Shown here: positions 1-8,560 of the stretch, piece after piece | Numbering within the stretch: the stretch's first letter is position 1 | Layout: every line of letters starts with the position of its first letter | IMG/VR virus record: IMGVR_UViG_3300020045_002833 | Span: 1 to 25,657 of that record | Strand: one strand, 5' to 3' | DNA: 25,657 nt | Source of the DNA: a virus | Taxonomy: Duplodnaviria; Caudoviricetes | Position numbers and translations under genes: made by a program | Notes under the pieces: model-generated | Databases searched by the model: none | Told to the model about the DNA's origin: nothing | The model's input: only the letters and a program-made list of their open reading frames with translations

Positions 1-859
1 TCACATCAGCTGGTGTGCCGAGTTGACGTTTTGCACCAAGAAGAGTAAACGGCAACTGTGTCAACGCCATCATTTCAAGTTCGTGCGGATCGGTGAAGGT
101 GTTTGCAAAGGCACTCCACCCCTCACCTTTTGGTGCAACAATCCCATTTTGAACAGCCGCACTGGCAACCTGCGCCCCAAACATACCAGCTTCGTGTCCG
201 GCATAAGAAACAGCGCGAGCAGGGAGGCCAAGAAGCTGTCCACCCTGAGTTAATGCTTGTCCACCTGCTGCAACAGTTTCAGCCGCCGCCGGTCCTCGTG
301 CAAGGAAGCTCCCGAGTTGACCCGACAACACATCATTCCCAGCAGCAAGTGCTTCCGATCTTGCAACATTCAACCCAAAACGCTCTCCGAGGTTTAAGGC
401 CGCATTTGCACCAACCCTTCCAGCCGCCGGAAGCAGTGGCATCATTGCAGCAGACACCAACCCCGCGCCTGCACTATCAGTCTTCTCGAAGGTGTTTGCC
501 CCCGCCATCAACGAACTTCCTGCCATGCCAATCGCAGGAAGTGCGCCAGCCATACCCCCCGTCAACATCATCGGAGCCATGTCAACTGTCATCCGAGGAA
601 CACTCTCAAACAATCCTGCTGGTGCACCAAGAGCCTGACCAAGTTGGTCTGTGGCCTGTGGTGCACCAGTGGCATTGATCATTTGATCAAGTCCAAAACT
701 ACCTGCTTTGAACAACTTCCCCACACCATTCCCAAATCCCGCAGAATAATCGTTTGCAGGATCATTTGCTTGTTGTTGACGTGCGAAGGCATCGGAAGAC
801 ATTTCTGTCAATCCGTATTGTTCTTGTAGTTTTCGAATGTCGGAGTAGGAGAGTTTCAT
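1..859 (-). CDS. Large internal virion/ejection-type protein, N-terminal part (runs off left end of window)
   Basis: Not in ORF track because it has no stop in the window. ATG at 859 reads MKLSYSDIRKLQEQYGLTEMSSDAFARQQQ... and stays open to base 1. Gly/Ala/Met-rich hydrophobic stretches (MMLTGGMAGALPAIGMAGSSLMAG). Third gene after two Gln-rich genes, as in podovirus ejection protein clusters. Confidence 0.7.
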   Translation of the reverse strand, partial: MKLSYSDIRKLQEQYGLTEMSSDAFARQQQANDPANDYSAGFGNGVGKLFKAGSFGLDQMINATGAPQATDQLGQALGAPAGLFESVPRMTVDMAPMMLTGGMAGALPAIGMAGSSLMAGANTFEKTDSAGAGLVSAAMMPLLPAAGRVGANAALNLGERFGLNVARSEALAAGNDVLSGQLGSFLARGPAAAETVAAGGQALTQGGQLLGLPARAVSYAGHEAGMFGAQVASAAVQNGIVAPKGEGWSAFANTFTDPHELEMMALTQLPFTLLGAKRQLGTPADV

Positions 860-868
860 ACAGAAGGT

Positions 869-1705
869 TTAATATGGCGCAGAGAATTGTGTTTTGCCAA
901 AGAAGAAGGGTTTCGAACGAGGTGTTGGGGTTCCACTGACATTTGGTTCAGTTGAACGAGGAATGCCGAGAAGAGAGGTCAACCAGGTTTGGGCGTCGAA
1001 TTGAGGGTTGTCAACTCGACCCCGCATAGTGTTGACCCAGTCCGACATTTGTGAACTAGGTTGTTTGATTGGACCCCAAGCAGGCTCAGGGGTTTGAGAT
1101 GGAATGGCTGTGCCAGGTGCAGAGAATTGTTGTTGTGGTGCCAAAGCACCTTGCATGAACGGAGCAACCGAACGGTCTTGCTGTCTCTGTTGGTATGCTG
1201 GACTTGCTACCTCAGCCTTTGCCCGGTTGATGATCGCATCCCATTCAGTCGCTGGGTTCGTCGCAGCAGACACAAAAGATGGATTCCCCTGAACTTTCTG
1301 GAATCCACCTTGCGCCGCCATTGGTTGGCTTTGAGGTGCATTATTCGGATCGTTGAAGAATTTGGAAAAACCTTCTTGTTGCAATCCACTTGGATTCTTT
1401 GGTTCAAATGGGTCGGGTTGACGAACGGCAGGAGATTGCGCAGCAACTTGTGGGGCCGCTGGAGTTGGCGCACTCGGTGCCTGCATTCTCCACGCCGCCA
1501 TGGTTTGTGGAGCCTGCTGTTGACCTGGCATCTGAATACTTCCATCCAGATTCCGTCGAATCTGCATCTTCCCACTCCCCATGAGGAGGAGGGCGAGATT
1601 TGGGTTGATTCCACCAACCCCCTGTTGCTGACCGTTAAGTCCACGCCTTGTTGAAATTCCACCCTGCCCTTGCAGGAGTGCCATTAGATTTGGGTTTGAA
1701 GTCAT
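869..1705 (-). CDS. Gln/Pro/Gly-rich putative internal virion (ejection) protein, 278 aa
   Basis: ORF packed between neighbours, low-complexity composition, N-terminal duplicated motif; function inferred from position. Confidence 0.6.
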   Translation of the reverse strand: MTSNPNLMALLQGQGGISTRRGLNGQQQGVGGINPNLALLLMGSGKMQIRRNLDGSIQMPGQQQAPQTMAAWRMQAPSAPTPAAPQVAAQSPAVRQPDPFEPKNPSGLQQEGFSKFFNDPNNAPQSQPMAAQGGFQKVQGNPSFVSAATNPATEWDAIINRAKAEVASPAYQQRQQDRSVAPFMQGALAPQQQFSAPGTAIPSQTPEPAWGPIKQPSSQMSDWVNTMRGRVDNPQFDAQTWLTSLLGIPRSTEPNVSGTPTPRSKPFFFGKTQFSAPY

Positions 1706-1708
1706 GGT

Positions 1709-2770
1709 TTAGCGATTGTAGAAGTTTGGTGGGAGGGGTGCGGTGAATTTGGGAGCCTGATTGTTGACAATTTGTTGCTGCAACATCGGACCCTGAATGC
1801 CGGTTGGGGAAAGTAGTCCCATAAGCCAAGACATAATCCCCGGACTTTCTTTGGTTCTGCGTTGTTCCGGGGTTTGGTTTTGCCAACCCAACAAGCCTTC
1901 CATATCCTTCGGCCCAAGTTGGGGGAGAATGGAAGGATTGAAGTCTGGTTGAGTTGCAAGAGTTTGGTATCCTTTGAGGTAGTTTTGTTGCATCGGGGAC
2001 AGGCTGCCTTGGAGGTCTGGTTGCTGTTGGATTGCTTGGGAAACTTGTTGTCCGGCAACAAATGGGGTTTGTGAGTTGGCCTGCATGGAATTCACAAAAG
2101 GCTGGAGTTGCTCCGGCGGAAGCTGTGTGGCGGGGTACATCCCACGAATACGATCAGCAAGTTCCGAAGGTAAGAATGCAGCAACATTGTCAATCTTTTG
2201 TCGCTGCGCTTGCAAACCGGAAAGGTCCGTCGCCGGTCCTTGTGGAAGAAGGGGCACAACATTCTGAGCCATACTGGCAAGCTGTGCTTGCTTCTGCGTC
2301 ATGTAAATGTCTTTCTGCATTTGTTGCATTGCCATTTCAGCCTCCACCTGCTGAGGATAATACTGATTCTTCAACATCTGTTGCTCCAGTTGCAGCGGCT
2401 GAAGTTGAGAATTGAAATCCAGCTGACTCCGAACCCCTTGGCCTTGGAGTTGCTGATTATCGTATTCTTGTTGAAGCATCTGCAACTTCAACGGATCGAC
2501 CTGCTGTTGCAAATCCAGTTCCTGCTGGAGTTTCTGCACCATCAACGGATTGAGCACCCCTTGTTGGGCCTGCTGCTGTTGTTGTGCATCATACTGCGCC
2601 TGCAACATCTGGAGTTGGATCGGGGACATCTGTCCGCGAATATCCATTTCCTGTTGTTGGGAGGCGAGTTGTTGCTGAAGTAATTGTTCGCGAGCTGTCT
2701 GTTCAGGTGAGAACATCTGATACATCTGCAAGAGTTCTTGCATTCCAGAATTTTTGTCTTTACGTTTCAT
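1709..2770 (-). CDS. Gln-rich coiled-coil putative internal virion (ejection/pilot) protein, 353 aa
   Basis: Very Q/L/M-rich helical N-half with repeated PLxLQMLQQEYD-like motif; follows tail genes in podo-like order. Confidence 0.65.
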   Translation of the reverse strand: MKRKDKNSGMQELLQMYQMFSPEQTAREQLLQQQLASQQQEMDIRGQMSPIQLQMLQAQYDAQQQQQAQQGVLNPLMVQKLQQELDLQQQVDPLKLQMLQQEYDNQQLQGQGVRSQLDFNSQLQPLQLEQQMLKNQYYPQQVEAEMAMQQMQKDIYMTQKQAQLASMAQNVVPLLPQGPATDLSGLQAQRQKIDNVAAFLPSELADRIRGMYPATQLPPEQLQPFVNSMQANSQTPFVAGQQVSQAIQQQPDLQGSLSPMQQNYLKGYQTLATQPDFNPSILPQLGPKDMEGLLGWQNQTPEQRRTKESPGIMSWLMGLLSPTGIQGPMLQQQIVNNQAPKFTAPLPPNFYNR

Positions 2771-2772
2771 AA

Positions 2773-3294
2773 TTAAAATAGATACGAGGAATAGCTGATT
2801 TGTGGGACATGGCTTGGGATAGATGCAACGTTAATCGTCATAGCGAGTTCAGGACTCAAGGCGATGTAGGGGGATGCAGTCTGATCACCAAGGGGCCATG
2901 CGAGAGGAATAATGTCGTTGTTTGGGCCAATCGCAAACAGAGGAAGGTAGAAGGTGCTCGATGCGTTTGCAGGGATGGAGGATTGCCAGATGATGTCTTG
3001 GGTTGAACTACTCGTCCCCGGACTGAAATACTCATTCCCAAACCCATCAACATCCCAAGCAACCTCAGTTCGAAGGATGACAAAGCCGGTTGTAGTTGTG
3101 CGAGGAACTACATTATTATGCCAATCACTGGAATCCAGAGAAACCGTTGCAATGGTGATTGGAGTGGAATCGCTTGTGAAAAAGGGGATCAAAACAGAAT
3201 CATCCAACAACACCCCAGCACCCCAAGGAAAACCAGCAAGGACTCCGAAGAAGTAATCAAAATTCCGGTCAAACTCTGATGCATGGTCTCTCAT
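2773..3294 (-). CDS. Hypothetical virion/tail protein, 173 aa
   Basis: ATGA overlap with upstream gene; beta-strand-like, aromatic/Ser/Thr-rich sequence. Confidence 0.6.
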   Translation of the reverse strand: MRDHASEFDRNFDYFFGVLAGFPWGAGVLLDDSVLIPFFTSDSTPITIATVSLDSSDWHNNVVPRTTTTGFVILRTEVAWDVDGFGNEYFSPGTSSSTQDIIWQSSIPANASSTFYLPLFAIGPNNDIIPLAWPLGDQTASPYIALSPELAMTINVASIPSHVPQISYSSYLF

Positions 3295-3818
3295 ACAAGA
3301 TAATTGAAGGTGCCATTCCAGAATGGTGCGACTGGGGTTGTTTTGAACAGCGAATACGAACAGAAGAGAATTGCACCTGTGTTGTCAAGGGATGCAATGT
3401 CAAAATATGTTACTGTGCTGGTGGGTGCAGGAGCCGCTGCGGTGTCCATGACAATCTCACACGCAGAGATAGAAACCGTCCCATTCGGGTATGGCCCACT
3501 AGGGGCAACTTGGGAGTAGGTGAATTTTGCCCTAATATAGACAGGATTGGCAACCGAAACACTAAGAATATTTGAAAGATAATTCAGGTCCATTGCAGAC
3601 CCGCCAACCGACGGAATGATGATGGTTCCATTGAAGGTGAAGATGCCGAAGTTCAAGCAAACACTACTGGAGGAAACCCTCCGAACAAGCCACGAATGGT
3701 TGATTTGGTATCGTGGGTTTTCTAGGGGTTGGCTGGCAAGGGAACGCGGATCAACCTGACCATTCCCTTTCGGTAACATGAAGGGTGCGTCAACGTTTCT
3801 GGAGTTAAAAATTTCCAT
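3291..3818 (-). CDS. Putative tail protein, 175 aa (HSW/HPW-motif type)
   Basis: Coupled ORF; NHSWLV...FNGTIIIPSVGG...VYIRAKF resembles motifs in 22051-22638 and 21197-22054. Confidence 0.6.
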   Translation of the reverse strand: MEIFNSRNVDAPFMLPKGNGQVDPRSLASQPLENPRYQINHSWLVRRVSSSSVCLNFGIFTFNGTIIIPSVGGSAMDLNYLSNILSVSVANPVYIRAKFTYSQVAPSGPYPNGTVSISACEIVMDTAAAPAPTSTVTYFDIASLDNTGAILFCSYSLFKTTPVAPFWNGTFNYLV

Positions 3819-3820
3819 GA

Positions 3821-5104
3821 TTATTCAAGATAGACATACATTCTCCGTCTCCACAACAAACAATAATTCCACGGCCTGCGTTCATCGGAAATACAAACCT
3901 CAGTTTCAACTGCATCCACATAATCCTGTGCAGTAAAAGGAGTTCCACCAACAGTTAAAGATTCCACCGCAAGACTGCCATAGTATGTGTCATCAATGTG
4001 GGTGGTGGCCTCAAGTAAAAACGGATCAAGGAGGAGGTTTTGAAGTTGAAGGGAGAATAAACGCCCCTGAAAAAGCACATCCGCAAGTTGGGGGGAGAAC
4101 ACACTATCTGTGGGTGTGGGTGTTGGAACCGCAACCGTTGGGTCGGCAGGTAGAAGTGAATCCACAACCCGAACCGAAACATTCCTAGTGAAGCCCCAGC
4201 GAACATCGAGAGTCAACGAAAATTCACTCCTACCTTGAGGTGTAATGAACCAACTGCTGGGAACAATATTATCCGCCAACAAGTAGCTGGGGAAGGTGAA
4301 GGGTTGTGTTGTGTAAAATTCCCTCTCCCAAGTATCCCAACCCAACAATTCTCGAACCTCCTTAACAAGGGTGTTCTTCTGTTGCACAATTCTTGTTGAT
4401 GTTCCTGGAACACAATCAAGGTTGCTTTGAGCCAACGCCAAAGATGGGGTGCCAACGATTCGGGTTTTAGTTGTGGAAACCTCTAAGCAGGTTTCAGAAT
4501 CACACTCAAGGCCGTAGGTTGTTTTATTTGTGCTGCGGGTTTCAGCACGCTGGATTGTGTGCTGGCAATCAACCTCGGCCTGCGTATAAATGACAGTGTC
4601 TGTGCTGGCAGGAAGACTTGTGCCGGGGGCAACAACAGTTTCGGTAATTGTAATTGTATTCCCATCCTCATCCAACTCCACACTAGCCCTTGCTTCAAAC
4701 CCAGTTGTGGTGGTTGTTTCACGCAGAAAATTCGCCGTGTTGAGTTGCTTGACAGTCGACCCAACCACAAGAAAACCCTCCTCAGAATTTGTGCCCGCAG
4801 GCATGACCTTCTTCGTGGTTGTGCTGGTGCAGATGAACTTCTGCAACCCAGAAAAAACAATGGTGTCCTTGTCGATGACATTGGCCGGGGTTCCACTAAC
4901 CTTCTTGTATCGGCTCTTCTGCGTGTTTCTTTCATTGACAGTTTCCGACAAAAGCGTCCCATAAGCGAGGGCGGTTGGATCAGTGTCATGGGGAACCTCC
5001 TGATCAATCTTGGTTGCAACAGAACCCAAAACCGGATCATACCCCTCGGATTTGAGGGGTTTGCCGGAGAAATTGTTGTCGGGGTTGTTTGTGGAGATTG
5101 CCAT
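3821..5104 (-). CDS. Thr-rich putative tail protein with ~4 degenerate internal repeats, 427 aa
   Basis: Long ORF directly after the adaptor; Thr/Val/Glu-rich alternating patterns suggest beta structure. Confidence 0.65.
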   Translation of the reverse strand: MAISTNNPDNNFSGKPLKSEGYDPVLGSVATKIDQEVPHDTDPTALAYGTLLSETVNERNTQKSRYKKVSGTPANVIDKDTIVFSGLQKFICTSTTTKKVMPAGTNSEEGFLVVGSTVKQLNTANFLRETTTTTGFEARASVELDEDGNTITITETVVAPGTSLPASTDTVIYTQAEVDCQHTIQRAETRSTNKTTYGLECDSETCLEVSTTKTRIVGTPSLALAQSNLDCVPGTSTRIVQQKNTLVKEVRELLGWDTWEREFYTTQPFTFPSYLLADNIVPSSWFITPQGRSEFSLTLDVRWGFTRNVSVRVVDSLLPADPTVAVPTPTPTDSVFSPQLADVLFQGRLFSLQLQNLLLDPFLLEATTHIDDTYYGSLAVESLTVGGTPFTAQDYVDAVETEVCISDERRPWNYCLLWRRRMYVYLE

Positions 5105-5111
5105 ACAAAGA

Positions 5112-5813
5112 TTACCAATTCATTTCATTATCGAGACTGCTTTCGTGTTGGAAAGTATCAAAATTCTGGAGCGCCATAAGCGCACTTTCCCACATGCTTT
5201 TCGGTTCAGGTTGAACCCCTTCTTGCCGAGGAAGAAACACCCCGTATTGTTTGTTCATGAAAACAACAGCATACCAGAGAAGGTATTCCCACCCATGAGT
5301 TAGAAAGAAATCCTCGTCAGCTTCTTCATCGGCATAATCCGAGGTGAAGAAATAACCCGAAACCTGACAGGTGAAGGGGACCTGTTCCACATCGGAACAA
5401 TAGATGCTGTTACCTTGAAGCAACAAGACATTTTCTGCCCCCGAATAAACATAACTATTTTCCTTCTCTGCCTTCCGAATCCGTCCGTGTTGGGTTTTCA
5501 ACCGCTGGAGAACAACCTTCTGATATTTCCCACCCCCCACACTAGAGAGCACCCACCCGCTACTTGTGGTGTAGGCTTCTGCAAATTCAATACTCTTCAA
5601 CAAGGGGAACTCTGTCCCCAAGTCAACCCGCTCGGAACCATCCAACACAAACTGACCCTCACCCCAACTAAAACGCCAGTCGTAGTTTAGCTCCGCTTGC
5701 TTCTTCGCTGCGTTGATCGCCATAAGAGCAAAAGCACGAGCAGCAGCATCCCCCGTCGGATTGGTTACCGAGAGGATTGTCAGCGCCTGTGTGATTAGAG
5801 AGGTGAGGGTCAT
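5112..5813 (-). CDS. Head-tail adaptor (podovirus tail tubular A/P22 gp4/SU10 adaptor-like), 233 aa
   Basis: N-terminal MTLTSLI...AINAAKKQAELNYDWRF helix pattern and C-terminal HGWEYLLWYAV recall the adaptor family; position just after the capsid gene. Confidence 0.65.
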   Translation of the reverse strand: MTLTSLITQALTILSVTNPTGDAAARAFALMAINAAKKQAELNYDWRFSWGEGQFVLDGSERVDLGTEFPLLKSIEFAEAYTTSSGWVLSSVGGGKYQKVVLQRLKTQHGRIRKAEKENSYVYSGAENVLLLQGNSIYCSDVEQVPFTCQVSGYFFTSDYADEEADEDFFLTHGWEYLLWYAVVFMNKQYGVFLPRQEGVQPEPKSMWESALMALQNFDTFQHESSLDNEMNW

Positions 5814-5825
5814 GAGTTTGACGGG

Positions 5826-6014
5826 TTAGGAATTGCCTGCCCGATTGCCGTTCATGGCGTCGGGGTAGGACGTCTTTTTGGGAGCATACTCCTTGTAGGA
5901 GGTGTCCTTGTTCGGGTCGTGGCTGGCAACTGGACTTGCCGAAGTGGGGCAGTCCATCTTGCGAGTCGGGATGACTCCAGTTGGGGAGTCCTTCATTTTT
6001 TCAACGTCGATCAT
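5826..6014 (-). CDS. Small hypothetical protein, 62 aa
   Basis: Fills the gap between capsid terminator and adaptor; A/C-rich leader (acacaaaccaaacaccactATG) like other genes in this block. Confidence 0.55.
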   Translation of the reverse strand: MIDVEKMKDSPTGVIPTRKMDCPTSASPVASHDPNKDTSYKEYAPKKTSYPDAMNGNRAGNS

Positions 6015-6034
6015 AGTGGTGTTTGGTTTGTGTT

Positions 6035-6066
6035 AAAGAAGGGAGGGCCGAATTAACGACCCTCCC
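6035..6066 (-). terminator. Intrinsic terminator after major capsid gene
   Basis: Minus strand GGGAGGGTCG-TTAATT-CGGCCCTCCC (10-bp stem, one G-U) followed by TTCTTT, 13 nt after the capsid stop. Confidence 0.75.
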
Positions 6067-6079
6067 GCGAGCGGACAAC

Positions 6080-7465
6080 TTAGGAAGCCGTGATGGATTT
6101 GAAGTTACGCAAATACATGTGGGTTTCAGGAAAGCGCACCTCGAATCCGACGTCGGTGAAGAACTCGTCTTTCCGTCCATCGAAGTCAGGGGCGTGGATG
6201 CTTTGGTTGATGTGGGTGTCCCGACCAGCGGTAGGACGCAGGCGGAGGTTTCCGACATCCAGAACAAAGCCATCATACTTCAACCAGCTCTGCGCATTGA
6301 AGCGTGGGTGAGAGCGGAAGTGAAGCACACCATGGCTGGTTTCGATTGTGCGAAGATCGAAGCCGAGTTTGTGCTCAGCTGCGAAGTCCTTGTTCGTGAC
6401 GATTTTGTCCTTGTAGTAGGTGTTGAGTGCCACGATGACACCCTGACCACAGAGAAGGAGTTTCTCATCCGAACATTTGACCTTCTTGGTGAAGATCCGT
6501 GCGAGGAGGTTTTCGAACTCAGCCTCGGTCAATGCACCCGTGGAAGGCACAGTGACAATGCGCTTGTCTTCATCATCCCATGCGGTGAGGGCCGAGCCAC
6601 CTGGACGGTAGCCGAAGGTTCCGCCACCACTCTTTTCCCACTCTTGCAAGAACCAGTAGATTCCACCAAGCGTGCGCACATTCGTGGCAGAGGTGGCAGC
6701 GTCAGTTGCGGTTGTGGCGAACTTCGTCCGGGAACCAAAGAGGAGGGCATTCTCCAACCCAACCATGTGCACGAGTTGCAACTCACGCATTGCGGTTTTG
6801 TAGAACCCGCTCTTGTCGAACTCGGCAGGCTGAGTCAATGCGGTTGCACTGAAGGCCTGAGAATCGCGGAAGATTTGGTTGTAGTTGGTGATTTCGATTG
6901 GGAAAATCAACGGACGGGAGTTGCCAGAAAGCGAACCCTCGATTTGAGCATTGCCCAAAAGGATGACTGTTTTGCCTGCATTGCCAATGGCATTGTCGAT
7001 GGTGAGAGCATCAAACACCCGAAGAGTGAGGATGCCACTTGCCACAGCGGTGACTTGAGCGCGAACGTGTGTGGTTGTGGAACCGCCATTGATCACACAG
7101 TCTTGGACCATGATGATACTTCCAACAGGGAATTTGGCCTCATCACCCGTGGTGATGGCGAGCCGTTCCGTGTCATCAGCGGCGAGAACAACCGTTGCAG
7201 TGGCGACACCAGAAGCGCCGGGAAGCCAACCGCCAAAATTAGCGGAAGCTCCAACCGATTCGACGGTGACAGTAGTGACTTCTTTCCACCGATTCTCAAG
7301 CCACGAATATTCGGGGCCGTCGATAGGATCGGGTTCAAGAAGCGAGAGGAGGCCACAAAGCGGGGATGCGCCAGTGGGGAATGCGTACATGATTTCACGG
7401 CGCATGTTTTTGCGCTTCCATGTTGCGATGTCTGAGCCGATAAGGGCTTGGAATCCGAGTGCCAT
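6080..7465 (-). CDS. Major capsid protein (SU10/DUF5309-like, HK97 fold), 461 aa
   Basis: Motifs YSWLEN, GNAQIEG, NYNQIFR, LENALLFG, LGGI and C-terminal DGRKDEFFTDVGFEV recall this family; follows scaffold, precedes terminator. Confidence 0.85.
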   Translation of the reverse strand: MALGFQALIGSDIATWKRKNMRREIMYAFPTGASPLCGLLSLLEPDPIDGPEYSWLENRWKEVTTVTVESVGASANFGGWLPGASGVATATVVLAADDTERLAITTGDEAKFPVGSIIMVQDCVINGGSTTTHVRAQVTAVASGILTLRVFDALTIDNAIGNAGKTVILLGNAQIEGSLSGNSRPLIFPIEITNYNQIFRDSQAFSATALTQPAEFDKSGFYKTAMRELQLVHMVGLENALLFGSRTKFATTATDAATSATNVRTLGGIYWFLQEWEKSGGGTFGYRPGGSALTAWDDEDKRIVTVPSTGALTEAEFENLLARIFTKKVKCSDEKLLLCGQGVIVALNTYYKDKIVTNKDFAAEHKLGFDLRTIETSHGVLHFRSHPRFNAQSWLKYDGFVLDVGNLRLRPTAGRDTHINQSIHAPDFDGRKDEFFTDVGFEVRFPETHMYLRNFKSITAS

Positions 7466-7509
7466 ATTATTAGTTGGTTATTGGTTTTGTGTTTGGATTG
7501 AAACTAGGA

Positions 7510-8205
7510 CTATTCGTCCCAGATGGATGTGGGCTGTTGCGACTTTGCACCAGCACCAGGACCGCCTGCGCCTTGCCCTCCACCAGACAGGGATGCTGGT
7601 GCAGGATAAGTGGAAGGCGGCGTGCCTCCCGATGATGGTGTTGCAGAGGGTGCTTCGAGAGAAAATGTGGGGTCAACCCCCTTAACAGTTTCAGCCGAGC
7701 GCTGAGCCAACAACGAAAAGAGTTCCTCCCGCGTCTGCGGAGGGTTTGGAAGATTACCAAGTTCGGCAAGGGTCATTTTGACGAGTTTATCGTGCTTCTT
7801 GAGGCCGGGGTTCGACTCGTAGAAGTCGTTGAACTGAGCCTTTGTGTGGAGTTCCTGTGCAGCCGCAAGATGGGAACCGTAGTTCTTTTGAAACTCCTGT
7901 TGGTATTGGCCGAGGTCGTGCCGATACAAATGTTGGGAGGTTGTGACGGCCTCGGTGACAGCGCCTGCAACAATCTGCTTGAGCGCCTGTAGGCGTGTTT
8001 GCTGAGTTGCGGTTTCGGAAAACAGCGCATTCAGGTGGGATTCATCAGGATTGAACCGCTTCAACATCTTTCCAAGTTCTTCATCGGAAAGGGGTTGTTG
8101 TTGCTGTTGAGGCTGCGCACCCACACCAGCCATCTTTAGGGCTTGTGCAAGTTCGGCAGCAGTGAGGCCCCCTTTAGAGGGTGGTTCTGTGGCGGGAGTT
8201 GACAT
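7510..8205 (-). CDS. Capsid scaffolding protein, 231 aa
   Basis: Helical Q/E/A-rich body, FYESNPGL motif, Gly/Pro/Ser-rich tail ending SIWDE; between portal and capsid. Confidence 0.7.
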   Translation of the reverse strand: MSTPATEPPSKGGLTAAELAQALKMAGVGAQPQQQQQPLSDEELGKMLKRFNPDESHLNALFSETATQQTRLQALKQIVAGAVTEAVTTSQHLYRHDLGQYQQEFQKNYGSHLAAAQELHTKAQFNDFYESNPGLKKHDKLVKMTLAELGNLPNPPQTREELFSLLAQRSAETVKGVDPTFSLEAPSATPSSGGTPPSTYPAPASLSGGGQGAGGPGAGAKSQQPTSIWDE

Positions 8206-8206
8206 G

Positions 8207-8560
8207 TTATTGTTGGTTTTGGTTTGGGAGGGATTTGAGGACTTCTTCGGCTTCGGCAGAAGCCAGTTGATCGTTCAAATCGGAGAGAATAATTTCAAAC
8301 ATTTGGACCTTTTCTTGCACAATTCGGAGTTGGCCGAGTTGCTGTTCCCTTAAAATGAAGGTTGCAAAGTCAGTTGGCGGGATTGCAACCGACGAAATGA
8401 TTTCATTCAGCTCAGCCTGGGCTTCTGCAACAATCGAAAGCCCCACGTCACTGGACTGGAACTGCTGGGTCTCCAGGATTAGGCGTTTGATTTCCGGCAG
8501 ACTGAGCGAGGGCAAGCTGCTGTTGCTGTTGTTGGAGGGCGAGAAGCTGTTGGGGGTCAT
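8207..8560 (-). CDS. Small helical protein between portal and scaffold, ~117 aa (start uncertain)
   Basis: Preferred ATG at 8560 with AT-rich leader (caattcaaatATG); amphipathic helices LSLPEIKRLILETQQF and LREQQLGQLRIV; overlaps portal 3' end. Confidence 0.6.
   Translation of the reverse strand: MTPNSFSPSNNSNSSLPSLSLPEIKRLILETQQFQSSDVGLSIVAEAQAELNEIISSVAIPPTDFATFILREQQLGQLRIVQEKVQMFEIILSDLNDQLASAEAEEVLKSLPNQNQQ

Noticed and set aside
103-678. 191-aa plus-strand Q/H/P-rich ORF
   Set aside because: Antisense to the open minus-strand gene starting at 859.
6023-7435. 470-aa plus-strand ORF
   Set aside because: Antisense shadow of the capsid gene; no recognisable motifs.
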